DNA of 64,000 bases from an uncultured Verrucomicrobiae bacterium. Lineage in GTDB: Bacteria; Verrucomicrobiota; Verrucomicrobiia; Limisphaerales; Palsa-1400. This document shows, one piece after another, positions 20,003 to 29,856 of this stretch. The DNA is taken from NCBI GenBank assembly GCA_963707025.1, contig CAVPOM010000007.1, forward strand, positions 352,001 to 416,000. The letters run 5' to 3'. The stretch's first letter is position 1; every line of letters begins with the position of its first letter. Below the pieces are notes generated by a model. The model worked only from the letters and a program-made list of their open reading frames with translations. It did not search any database and was not told where the DNA came from. Position numbers and translations under genes: made by a program.

Positions 20003-20243
20003 ATCATATCTCCAGGGCGAGGTTCGACGCCCTTGTTGGTCTGTACGACAGATTTGCTCATGCTATTGGCCCAACGACCCTGGCGCGGACGATGCGGAGC
20101 GGGCCTTTGAGGCTGAATTAACAAGTTGTTACGATAATCTACCCGAAGGTCCGAAGCCACCTTACAAGAATTTTCAAAGGGCCGTCATTTGGAGGTGCAA
20201 GCAGCAAATCATAAAGTCCCTCAAAAAGCCAGGCTCCATTTGA
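19972..20243 (+). CDS. Hypothetical ~90-aa protein split by a 1-nt frameshift near 20070
   Basis: MPAPRHDAFVDHISRARFDALVGLYDRFAHAIG joins PNDPGADDAERAFEAEL...KKPGSI* if one C is restored. Confidence 0.5.
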
Positions 20244-20285
20244 TGTGTTCCGCGCTGGAAAACAATAGGGAAGCCCACCATGGAC

Positions 20286-21411
20286 CTACTCTTGATTGGC
20301 GGCGGTGGTTGGGCCGGCGTGGACCTGGAGGTTGGCCTCGAAGACCAGTTTGGCCGGGGAAAACACTTTGGCCGAGGCCAGGTCAGGCTGATGGTGGGCG
20401 GAAACGGCCTGGACGATCGGCAGATCCAGCCCCCAGAGGCCGAGCAGACAGGCTCCCACCTCCGCGTGAGAAAAGCCCAGGACTTGGGTCTCCGGCTTGC
20501 CAAAGGGGCTGGGGTTGTCTTTTGGCCAGGGCGAGGATGCCGGCGTAGGTTTCCGGGGAATTGGCGGCCAGCATGACTTTGCCGACGTTGTGCAAAAGCC
20601 CGGCGATGAAGGCGAACTCGATGATGGCCGGTTTGCCGTGGTGCTCCCGGGCCAGCTTTTCGGCGGTGCGGGCCACGGCCAGGGCATGTTGCCACTCGGC
20701 GGCAGGACTGAATCCGCGGCACATTTTCTCGTCGGCAAAGGAAAAGGCCCAGGCGGACATGACCAGGGATTGAAGGCGGGCGGCGCCCACCAGGGCGATG
20801 GCGTCGGGAATGGAGTGGATGGGGTGGGCCAATCCCAGGGCGGCCGAGTTGACGATTTTAAGCAGGTGCGCCGTCAGGCCCACGTCCTGGGCGACCAGGC
20901 GCGCCACCCGATCCAGTTCAAATTGCGGGTCGTGCAGGGCTTCCACCACGAGGCGATGGGACTCAGGCAGGCTGGGAATGTTGCGCAGACGGAGCAGGAT
21001 CGTGCGAAATGCCGGCCGGGCCAGCCACTGGTTGACCAGCACGGCCCGTTCGATGCGGTCGGCCCAGGTTTCGGAGGATTCTTCCTCTCTTAAGATGGTG
21101 GGGGGAAATCCCTCGAAGGTTCGATACGGCCCGTCATTCAGCCGGGAGCAAACCACGAAGCGCGAACAGGCGGGACATTGCTCCTCCAGAAGGTGCAGGG
21201 TGATTTTGACGACGGAGACTTTTTCGGAGTAGAAAATGATGCCGTCCATGCGCTCGGCCTTGATCAGGTCGGCCAGTTCCTGGCCCTGACAAGAAGTCGC
21301 CAGCAGCGACCGGCGGAATTGGGAGAGACGGGTTTCGATGTGATGGCGCCGCTCCGGGGTTTCCACCCAGAGACACAAGCGTTTTGCACCGGTGGCTTCT
21401 TTGGCCGTCAT
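20286..21411 (-). CDS. HDOD domain protein with degenerate receiver-like N-terminus, frameshift near 20495
   Basis: [43 protein letters not shown]. Confidence 0.85.
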
Positions 21412-21553
21412 GTCTTGACAGGGCGTGAAAAAGCCGTCGCGCGATTTTCCGCCTTCTGCTTGAGGCAATACCTTGGCACGACCGGCTTGGCGGAGCAAGG
21501 GAAAATGGCATTTTCCTTCCCTTTGCCCAAGCGGGGGGTAAGTTTTCCGTGGC

Positions 21554-22753
21554 ATGAAACTTGAATTTGACCCGATTGAATCGGTGGTGGCCGAGTTGCG
21601 CCGGGGACGGATGGTGGTGGTGGTGGACGATGCCGATCGGGAGAACGAAGGGGACCTGATCATGGCGGCCGAATGCGTCACCCCGGCGGCGGTCAATTTC
21701 ATGGCCAAGCACGGGCGCGGTCTCATCTGTGTGCCCACCACTTACGAACGGCTCAAGCAGTTGGGCATCGAACAAATGGTCACGCAGAGCGCGGACAATT
21801 TCCGCACCGATTTCCAGGTCAGCGTGGACGCGGCCCAGGGCATCGCCACGGGCATCAGCGCGGCGGACCGGGCCAGGACCATCAAGGTCATGGCCAACCC
21901 GACGGCCGTGCCGGACGATTTGGCCCAGCCCGGCCATGTCTTTCCGCTGCGGGCCAAGCCGGGCGGGGTGCTGCAACGGGCCGGCCACACCGAAGCGACA
22001 GTGGATCTGGTCAAGCTGGCGGGAGCGCGGCCCATGGGGGTGTGTTGCGAGATCATGAGCGATGACGGCTCCATGGCCCGATTGCCCGAATTGAAACGAT
22101 TTGCCCGCGCCCACAAACTCAAGATTTGCACGGTCGAAGACCTCATCCATTACCGCCGGGCGCGGGAGAAACTGGTGCAGCACCTGGAAGTGGTGAAGAT
22201 GCCGACCGCCTACGGAGACTTTGAATTGCATCTTTATGTTTCCCAGACCGACGGCCAGCATCACCTGGCGCTGGTCTGCGGCCAGGTGGCGGGGAAGAAA
22301 AATGTCCTGGTGCGGGTGCATAGCGAATGTCTGACCGGGGATGTCTTCGGCTCGCGGCGCTGTGATTGCGGGCCGCAACTCCACCAGGCCATGCGGCAGA
22401 TCGCGGAGGCGGGGCGCGGGGTCATTGTCTATATGCGGCAAGAGGGCCGGGGCATTGGCCTGCCCTCCAAGATCAAGGCTTACAAGTTGCAGGAGCGCGG
22501 CTACGACACGGTGGAGGCCAATCTCAAACTGGGCTACGGCAAGGACTTGCGCGAGTATGGATTGGGGGCGCAAATCCTGGTGGATCTGGGGTTGAAAACC
22601 ATCTGCCTGCTGACCAACAATCCCAAAAAAGTCGTCGGCCTGGAAGGTTACGGCCTGGAAATCGTCAAGCAGCTTCCCATCAAGGCCGGCGCCAACCGCC
22701 ATAACCGAAAATATCTCCGCACCAAGCGGGACAAGCTGGGGCATCTCCTGTGA
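21554..22753 (+). CDS. ribBA: Bifunctional DHBP synthase / GTP cyclohydrolase II
   Basis: [43 protein letters not shown]. Confidence 0.97.
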   Translation: MKLEFDPIESVVAELRRGRMVVVVDDADRENEGDLIMAAECVTPAAVNFMAKHGRGLICVPTTYERLKQLGIEQMVTQSADNFRTDFQVSVDAAQGIATGISAADRARTIKVMANPTAVPDDLAQPGHVFPLRAKPGGVLQRAGHTEATVDLVKLAGARPMGVCCEIMSDDGSMARLPELKRFARAHKLKICTVEDLIHYRRAREKLVQHLEVVKMPTAYGDFELHLYVSQTDGQHHLALVCGQVAGKKNVLVRVHSECLTGDVFGSRRCDCGPQLHQAMRQIAEAGRGVIVYMRQEGRGIGLPSKIKAYKLQERGYDTVEANLKLGYGKDLREYGLGAQILVDLGLKTICLLTNNPKKVVGLEGYGLEIVKQLPIKAGANRHNRKYLRTKRDKLGHLL

Positions 22754-22763
22754 GTTTTTATTC

Positions 22764-23231
22764 ATGTTGACACCGGTCAAAAGCAGAAAATGGAGCGCGC
22801 AGGGCAGCGCCTTTGCCATTGTCGCCTCGCGTTACAACTCCCGTTACGTGGACGCGATGCTCATCGCCGCGGTGCGCGAGTTGAAACGGGCCGGCGCGGA
22901 ACGCATCCAGGTGGTGCGGGTGCCGGGGGCGTATGAAATTCCGGTGGCGGCGGCGGGACTTTTGCAGGGGCGGCGGGCGTGGGCGGGGATCATCTGCCTG
23001 GGCGTGATCATTCGCGGCGAGACGGTCCATGCGCGGCAGATAGGCGATGCGGTGAGCGCGTCGCTGGCGCGCCTGCAAATCGAGCACGTCGTGCCGGTGA
23101 TTCACGAGGTGCTGCTGCTGGAAAACGAGGCGCAGGCCCGGGCGCGTTGTCTGGGCAAAACCCACAATCGCGGCGCCGAGGCCGCCCAGACCGCCCTGGC
23201 CATGGCCCGCGTGATGGCGACGCTGGAATAG
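22764..23231 (+). CDS. ribH: 6,7-dimethyl-8-ribityllumazine synthase
   Basis: VPGAYEIP, LGVIIRGET.H; follows ribBA. Confidence 0.95.
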   Translation: MLTPVKSRKWSAQGSAFAIVASRYNSRYVDAMLIAAVRELKRAGAERIQVVRVPGAYEIPVAAAGLLQGRRAWAGIICLGVIIRGETVHARQIGDAVSASLARLQIEHVVPVIHEVLLLENEAQARARCLGKTHNRGAEAAQTALAMARVMATLE

Positions 23232-23319
23232 TCTTGTCTTAAAGAAGTTCAATTGCTCAGAGAATCATGAGGATTGCCAGGAAGCCGGAGGAAATCAGAA
23301 TTGTTGAAGGAGTCGGCGA

Positions 23320-23739
23320 ATGAAAGTTGTGTTCGACACTAATGTGTTGGTCGCGGCGGCACGATCCCGGCACGGAGCCTCGCATGCGTTGCTCTCGCGC
23401 TTGCCCGACCCTTGCTTTTAGCCGGTGATCTCCAACTCCCTTTTCTTCGAATATCGTGCCGTCCTCCTCCGTGAGGAGAATCTGCTCCAGCGTCCAGCCT
23501 CTCAGGCTGAGGGTTTTCTCGATTACCTTCTCGCGGCTGGCGATCTACAGGAGGTCTTCTTCCTCTGGCGACCCTTCTTGCCGGACCCGGATGACGATCT
23601 TATTCTTGAACTGGCAGTTGCGGCCGGTTGCAGCTATATTGTGACGCACAATCTCCGGGATTTCCGGGGAATGGAAAGATTTGGAATCGAAGCGGTTACC
23701 CCGTCCGATTTCCTGAAACTGATTGGGGAAAAAACATGA
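23320..23739 (+). pseudogene. PIN-domain toxin with in-frame TAG at 23419-23421
   Basis: MKVVFDTNVLVAA...F*PVISNSLFFEY...DPDDDLILELAVA..IVTHNLRDF. Confidence 0.8.
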
Positions 23740-23972
23740 GCACATTGACCATCCAAATGCCCGAAAGTCTGGCCCGGCAACTCCGGGAATGCGCGGCCAA
23801 AGAGGGCCTGACCTTGGACCAATTGCTGTCCTCCGCCGCCGCGGAGAAATTAAGCGCCCTGATGACGCTGGAACACCTTCGCCAGCGCGCCCTTCGGCCC
23901 AAGCGGGAGGATTTCGCCGCCTTTCTGGACGGCTCGCCGGATGTCCCGCCCCTGCCCGGAGACGAAATATGA
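23736..23972 (+). CDS. RHH/HicB-like antitoxin
   Basis: MSTLTIQMPESLARQLRECAAKEG; ATGA overlap with the PIN gene. Confidence 0.75.
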   Translation: MSTLTIQMPESLARQLRECAAKEGLTLDQLLSSAAAEKLSALMTLEHLRQRALRPKREDFAAFLDGSPDVPPLPGDEI

Positions 23973-24102
23973 TTGTCGTTGGGCGAACGCGCCGCCGGGC
24001 AGGCGGAAATTGCTGCGCAAGCCCCAACTGTGGTCGCAACATTTGGCGGCCAAACTGTTCTGCAACCTCGTAAAAGGAAAAGAAAAAGGGGTCAAAAGAA
24101 AA

Positions 24103-24237
24103 AGGGGTCAGTTAATGGTATTGTCATATCGCACGGCATGTCGCACGGTCGAAACATCAGCCGGCGAGACAACGCGGCTACTCTCGCCAACTGCTCAGGA
24201 GTCAAGAATTATATTACAATACCATTAACTGACCCCT
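24103..24237. repeat. Non-coding inverted-repeat element
   Basis: 27-bp IR AGGGGTCAGTTAATGGTATTGT(C/A)ATAT with 1 mismatch, 81-bp interior. Confidence 0.8.
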
Positions 24238-24264
24238 GCTTTCAGTCCATGTAAAGCGCAACAC

Positions 24265-24582
24265 TCACTCAACCTGGAGCCGCGCCTGCAACGCCGCCCG
24301 GGTCAATTGTCCGGCGGTTTCACTCCGCCGCCGGCGGTAATTCTCCAACTGACCCTCCATTTGGCCGTCCAACTCGGTCTTGTGGTCGTGGTAATAGGAC
24401 AAGGCCGCGTGGAGCTGGGCCAGCGAGAGATGAGGATGGGCCGCGTGCATTTCCTCCGCGTCCCAGTCGTATGCGGCGTGGTCCATGGCGACTTCAATCA
24501 CCTTCACATTGCTGTCCGCGATCCAGGCCACTCCGCGCTCGTCCAGCCGGATATGGGTAATGGGTTCAACGACTAACATCAT
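24265..24582 (-). CDS. DUF433 antitoxin; partner DUF5615-like PIN reduced to MSVALYMD* (24242-24268)
   Basis: HPHLSLAQLHAALSYYHDH; overlapping GTG start of the truncated partner. Confidence 0.8.
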   Translation of the reverse strand: MMLVVEPITHIRLDERGVAWIADSNVKVIEVAMDHAAYDWDAEEMHAAHPHLSLAQLHAALSYYHDHKTELDGQMEGQLENYRRRRSETAGQLTRAALQARLQVE

Positions 24583-24722
24583 CCCATTGTAGCCGCTTTC
24601 CCATGGCTGGCAAGCGATTGTGCGGCAGTTGAAACAGCCGGGCGCATCCATCTTTGCCTCCCAAAACAACCGCGGAGAACACAGCGCGGCCGGCCGCCCC
24701 GCCAAAATCCCGGAACTTTCCG

Positions 24723-24751
24723 TTGACAGGTTCTGACTTAACCACTACTAT
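24723..24751 (+). promoter_or_regulatory. Sigma-70-type promoter upstream of intron copy 1
   Basis: TTGACA-17 nt-TACTAT. Confidence 0.55.
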
Positions 24752-25016
24752 TCGCTCAGTGATGACGGATCGCGCAAAGGGCGGGCGATGCGGCACGGCA
24801 GTTGGCCGCGCCCCCACCATCACTCCATCACTCCATCACTCCAGAATCCTTCAATACTCTACCAACTTACTGTACTTTATGATTCCCTGCGCATTCCCTG
24901 TCCTCCGCAGCTTTCAGCGAAGGAGAATGAGCCTTTCTGTGGAGAACCGTTCCAAGATACTGTCCATGAACAATTTACATATAATACGGAGCTTCCAAGG
25001 TCAAACCAGGTCAAAC

Positions 25017-26974
25017 GTTGCGCCAGTGAAGTTGGTTGGAACGCGGGTGAAAGTCCCGCCCGTCGAATTAGGCTGTTCACGACGGAACACGACCTCAACA
25101 GCGCCGCCGCGAGGCGGGGTTGGAAGCTGAGGGAGATGAACAGACGGGCCGTAATGAAAATGAACCACATCCAATGAGCCTCGATAAGTTTAGAACCGGA
25201 GACAAGCCGAGCCGCTGTTTGACCGGCGAAGGCCGCAGGGAGGAGGCAGGGCAACAGTCAGAGCCTTCTCAACGCTCCGGCGGGGTCGGCGTGGACGGCA
25301 CGTCTGGAAGTTCAACCAAGGTAAGCTGGGAGAACTCCGGCGGCGGGCGGCCAGCCCAACCGCCCGCGCAAGCTGGCAAGACCAGTCAGGCGAGCGGCCC
25401 TGCCGGAGAAGTCGGAGTTCCTCATAGTAGCGTGGACTTGTTTGCGCTCCAGGCGGATTTCCGCCGGGAGTTGCGCGAGCGAACGCAAAGGGGGAACACT
25501 TGCTCAATGCGTGGAGGCGAAGCGAAGGATGCGGGGATGGCCGGGGCGACCCGGATAGCAACCCCGGAGAAAGTTCGGCAGCTTCAAATCGCGCTCTATC
25601 GGAAAGCCAAAGCAGAGCCGAAGTATCGGTTCTGGAGCCTGTATGGGGAATTGCTGCGCAAGGACGTGCTCGAAACCGCCTTGGCAGCGCAACAGCGCAA
25701 CGGCGGGGCCGCGGGAGTGGACGGACAGAGTATGGAGTCCATCACCGCCGACCCGGCCCTGCGCCAGCAATGGCTCGACCGCCTGCAAGCAGAACTCAAA
25801 GCCAAGACGTATCGGGCCAGCCCGGTGCGGCGGGTGATGATTCCCAAGAGCAGCGGAGGGGAACGGCCGTTGGGCATCCCGACGGTCAAGGACCGGGTGG
25901 TGCAAACGGCGGTGTATCTGGTGCTGATGCCGATCTTGGAGGCGGACTTTCATCCGCGCTCCTACGGCTTTCGGCCCAAACGCCGGGCACACCAAGCCAT
26001 TGCGGAAATCCAACAAGCAGTGCAGCAAGGCTACGTGGAAATCATCAACGCGGACCTGACGAAATATTTCGACACGATTCCGCACCGGGAACTGATGAAG
26101 GCCGTGGCCCGGCGGGTCAGCGACGGCAGCGTGCTGCGGCTCCTCAAGAGCTGGCTGCGCGCCCCGGTCGCGGAGGAAGACCAGGACGGCACCAAGCGAG
26201 TGATCCCCAACCGGCGCGGCACGCCGCAAGGCGGGGTCATCTCGCCGCTGCTGGCCAACCTCTACCTCAACCCGCTGGATCACGGGGTGAACGAGAAAAC
26301 CTCCGGCCAAGCCCGCATGGTGCGCTACGCCGATGACTTTGTCATCGCGTGCGCGGCGGGGTGCGGCGGAGGGCTGATAGCGCGGCTCAAGAAATGGCTT
26401 CGAGCCAAAGGGCTGACCCTCAACGAAGTCAAAACCCGAATTGTGAACATTCGCAAGGAAGGGATCAACTTCCTGGGCTTCAACCTGACCTGGCGCAAGT
26501 CCTTTGGAGGGCGCGGCTACCTGCACGTTCAACCCAGCCAGAAAAGCCGGGGGCCCTGCGCGAGAAACTGGGCGGCATCCTCAACCACTGGACGCAGGGG
26601 CGTCCGATACAGGAGGTGGTCAAAGAGGTCAACCAAGTCTTGCGCGGATGGGCGGGCTACTTCCACTACGGCAACAGCGTCTCGGTGATGAACCGGATGA
26701 AACACTACAGCCAAAACCGCTTTCGGCGCTGGCTGTGGCGCAAACACGGTTGCCGCCGCAGCCTGTGGGAACACTACGTTCCCGAGCAGTTGCACCAGCG
26801 TTATGGACTCTATGAACTGCCGACCACGGCGAAGTGGAAGGCGGCCCGATGAATGAGTTCGGAGAGCCGAATATGGGAAATCCGTCCGTTCGGTTCGATG
26901 AGGGGCGAAGTGGCAGCGCGAGACTGACAACTGCGGTCAGTTCAATCCGCCTCCTTCCACTTCGCCTACTCTAC
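25017..26974 (+). mobile_element. Group II intron, copy 1
   Basis: Domain V GAGCCGAATATGGGAAATCCGTCCGTTCGGTTC, domain VI ending CTACTCTAC, EBS1 loop GTTTGAC (25217-25223) complementary to the upstream exon GTCAAAC. Confidence 0.92.
25537..26852 (+). CDS. ltrA: Group II intron reverse transcriptase/maturase without endonuclease domain; frameshift in G-run 26549-26553
   Basis: RPLGIPTVKDR, SYGFRP, GTPQGGVISPLLAN, RYADD, FLGF; X domain (LRGWAGYF) continues in another frame. Confidence 0.93.
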
Positions 26975-27285
26975 CAGGTCAAACCATATTCATGAACCTT
27001 GACCATCCCCAACACCCCAAGACGGAAAAGCTCAGTTACTCTATCATTTTACTATAGATTAAGTGTCTCGTGCGGCAAACCAGCTCCCAATTCCCGGTTA
27101 ATCTCATTTCTGACATGACCCAAAATCCGGCCCTCTTTCTGGCGCTGCCGGACGGGAAAGGCAGGGTCCCGGCCCGCCGGGACTGCCCGCCGCCGGACAT
27201 TGGCAGAAGAAGCAACGTCGTGCTGCGGTCGCGCAATTTTCGGGGATGGTTGTTTCCCGCGCCTTGTTTACGGCTAACGATTGGT

Positions 27286-28451
27286 TTAGGCAGGCGGCGG
27301 CAGGACTGGGCTTTGCGGCGGCAGCCCATAGGCGGCGCGGGTTGGGGCAAACGCCTTGATGAATTCCGGATCGCTCAAGCTGTAGGAACGCGGATCATCG
27401 AACAAGGCCTGCACCGCGTCGGAGTGCCTGAGGTTGCCGCTGTCGCTGGCCCAAGTCATCCACCAGCACCATTTGGGCTGCTGGGCCAGGACAGCCAGCG
27501 TCGGGGGCGGCCCCACTTCGGCCAGGGTGATGGGCTTGCCGTTGGCCAGCTTGAGCAAGTCCTCGTAGAAAGACTGTTTGAAGTCGCTGCCATAGACATC
27601 CAAGGCGGCAATATCAACGTACTGAGAGCCGGGAAAACATTCGGCGAACTGCAAGGAGGGCGGGTTGGCCCTGTCAACACTCCAAATCCAGATGAGATTG
27701 TTGAGTTTGTGGTGATTGACCAGCCGGTCGTAGATTTGGATGTACAGGTCTTTGGTTCCCTTGATGCCCTTTGCCGGGTCGGCCCGGCGTCCGCCCCGCC
27801 AAAACCATTGGCCGTTCATTTCATGGTAGGGCCGCCACAACACCGGGATGTGCGCGTCCTGAAGCTGTTTGAGGAAACCGGCGATGACGTCCACCTGGGC
27901 GCACCAATGCTGGAACAGATCGGTCCCGGGCGTCGTCACATCCTGCCACTGCGCATCGGTCAGCCGGCCCTGCACACTGGCGAGCAGCGGGGCCGGCCCG
28001 CCTCCGCGTTGGTGGCGGCGGCGGCGCGTCCGCGTCTGGGCGGTTGGAAGGTCACCGGTTCATCGGCGGTTGGAGGCACGGCGTGCCAGCACAGGGCGAT
28101 GATCGAGCCATTGGCAAACTGCCGTTTGACCTCGGCGATCATGTCGGGCCGGGAGGTGTAGGCGTCTTTTCGGCCGGGAGAGTCGAATCCGAAATCCTGG
28201 CCAAAGATGACCGGGACTTTATGGTAGGCGCGGGCGGCGCCTTGGGTGGAGGCGTCCTTGGTGGCCGGGAAGTTGTGCTGGCCGGTCAGGATGTGGTTGC
28301 CGGATATGCTGTAGATAAAGTTGAGGAGGGCCCGGGCTTCCGGGGTGGCGTTTGGATTGACGGGCGGCAGGGGAGCATCGGACCCGCGGGCCAGGGTTGC
28401 GGCGCAGAGCGCGGCCGCCAAAAGCCAGGATGGGGTGCCATTAAGTTTCAC
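27286..28451 (-). CDS. GH26 beta-mannanase-like protein, frameshift near 27990
   Basis: PVNPNATPEARALL..ILTGQH; VLWRPYHEMNGQWFW; LAEVG. Confidence 0.85.
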
Positions 28452-28777
28452 AGCCTGAATTTCCTTTTTGCGGTGAAGGCGGAAGGATGCGGCGTTTTGT
28501 TGTCTGCCAGGCCTGGCCGCTCCCGGCAACAGACATCGGACAACTTGTCGCTTATAGGAAAACCAGCCCCAGATCTATGTGGGGATTCGAGGCATTTGGC
28601 GCAGGGGTCAGGCACGGCAGCAGCCTGTTGCGCCACGATAAGAATGTCAATTGACAAACAGGAAACGACCCGTGACGCCGGGATCATCGGTCCATTGGCC
28701 ATCCACGACGAAGCGGAATTCGCACCTGCCAGGCCTGAGCGCCAAGTCCAGCAGCCAGCGCCCCCTTGCGCAAGGCT

Positions 28778-29200
28778 TCAATGGCGTGGGGGCGGGCGGC
28801 CAGTTATGGAAGGCTCAGAGGGCAGGGACAGGGACTTGTGTTTTGGCCGGGTTCTCGCCGCGGTGGCGGTTGCTTCGGCGTAAACTTCCCGGAGTTCGTT
28901 GCGCCCATCGCTGGGCAGATAGAGGTAACGGCCGCAATTGTCGCACATTTGAATGTCGTCGGCATGCATCAGCCTGATGACGGCGCCAATGGGAATACGC
29001 ATGTGGCAGCCCATGCAGACCTGATGACGCACGGCGGCCATTCCTGTTTTGCCCCGGGCGGTCAGGCGATCGTAGTGCTCGAGGATGGGCAGGGGGATTT
29101 TTCGGCGCAGTTGGGAAATGGCCGCTTCCACGCTGCCGTTGCTGAGTTCGCCGAACTCCAGCTCCTGGAGCCGGAGCAGATTCTGAAAAAGTTCTTTCAT
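28778..29200 (-). CDS. C4-type zinc-ribbon domain protein (DUF164-like)
   Basis: CMGCHMRIP...CDNCGRYLY. Confidence 0.8.
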   Translation of the reverse strand: MKELFQNLLRLQELEFGELSNGSVEAAISQLRRKIPLPILEHYDRLTARGKTGMAAVRHQVCMGCHMRIPIGAVIRLMHADDIQMCDNCGRYLYLPSDGRNELREVYAEATATAARTRPKHKSLSLPSEPSITGRPPPRH

Positions 29201-29317
29201 GGGACTGATTTGATTTGCGGGAGGCAATGTTTTACTGGAAAAGGAACCGACGCCGGTTCCTCCAAACTTTCGGCGCCGATTCCCAGATTCATTGGAGGTG
29301 AGTCGAGGCGGATCGGC

Positions 29318-29494
29318 TCAGTGCTGTTTACGGGTTTGGCGTTTAAAGCCTTTTTGTGTGGGCGGCGCGGGTGCCGGCGTGCTGGCGGGTTGGGCCTGGG
29401 GTTGCTTTTGGGCATCGGCACACGGGGTGGGTTTGCACCCGCAGCCGGTTGGGGCGGCGGTGGCAGTGGACGGAATGTTTGCGGATTCACTCAT
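29318..29494 (-). CDS. 58-aa small protein (CGC..C, Pro-rich, basic tail)
   Basis: AAAGGAATT RBS before ATG; first ORF downstream of a consensus sigma-54 promoter. Confidence 0.55.
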   Translation of the reverse strand: MSESANIPSTATAAPTGCGCKPTPCADAQKQPQAQPASTPAPAPPTQKGFKRQTRKQH

Positions 29495-29545
29495 AATTCC
29501 TTTTGTTTGTTGGCGTGCAGTTGAATGCAGCCAGGCAGACTTATC

Positions 29546-29560
29546 GCAAGAGACGTGCCA
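29546..29560 (-). promoter_or_regulatory. Sigma-54 promoter
   Basis: TGGCAC-GTCTC-TTGC, a consensus -24/-12. Confidence 0.8.
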
Positions 29561-29640
29561 GCCCGATTTGCCGGCGGCAAATGAATGCAAGACGTTGTGT
29601 TGCAGCAGGATGCAGCGAAAGAATGGAAAGGCGTTTCGCC

Positions 29641-29684
29641 TGCGATAATTCGCAACTTGCGAACTATCGTTTGCAAAGGCCGCA
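29641..29684. promoter_or_regulatory. Putative activator binding sites (UAS)
   Basis: TGCGATAATTCGCA plus a degenerate copy 17 bp later; same motif recurs at 31787-31817. Confidence 0.65.
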
Positions 29685-29856
29685 ACCGGGTTGGCAGCCA
29701 GGCGCAAATTCAATGAAGAGGTTGGCAACAAATGGTGAGCATTACTCGCTTGCGGCGATAGCTTGGGAGGTATGTTGAAGCGCGGTGGAACAACCGCAAG
29801 GGGTGAGGAGAAGGACCGGACCTTGCGCGCGTTGCGCCACTGCCGAGCGATGACTT

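Noticed and set aside
21412..21553. FMN riboswitch upstream of ribBA
   Set aside because: No recognisable RFN conserved motifs in this short divergent intergenic region
23419..23421. TAG as pyrrolysine or recoded stop
   Set aside because: No pyl genes in the window and TAG ends other genes normally; a nonsense mutation is simpler
25120..25536. 139-aa N-terminal extension of the intron RT in the ORF track
   Set aside because: Overlaps structured intron RNA domains including EBS1; RT-like sequence starts near ATG 25537
25537..26852. RT as retron, DGR or defence RT
   Set aside because: Domains V/VI, EBS1-IBS1 pairing and the X domain identify a group II intron; no TR/VR pair seen
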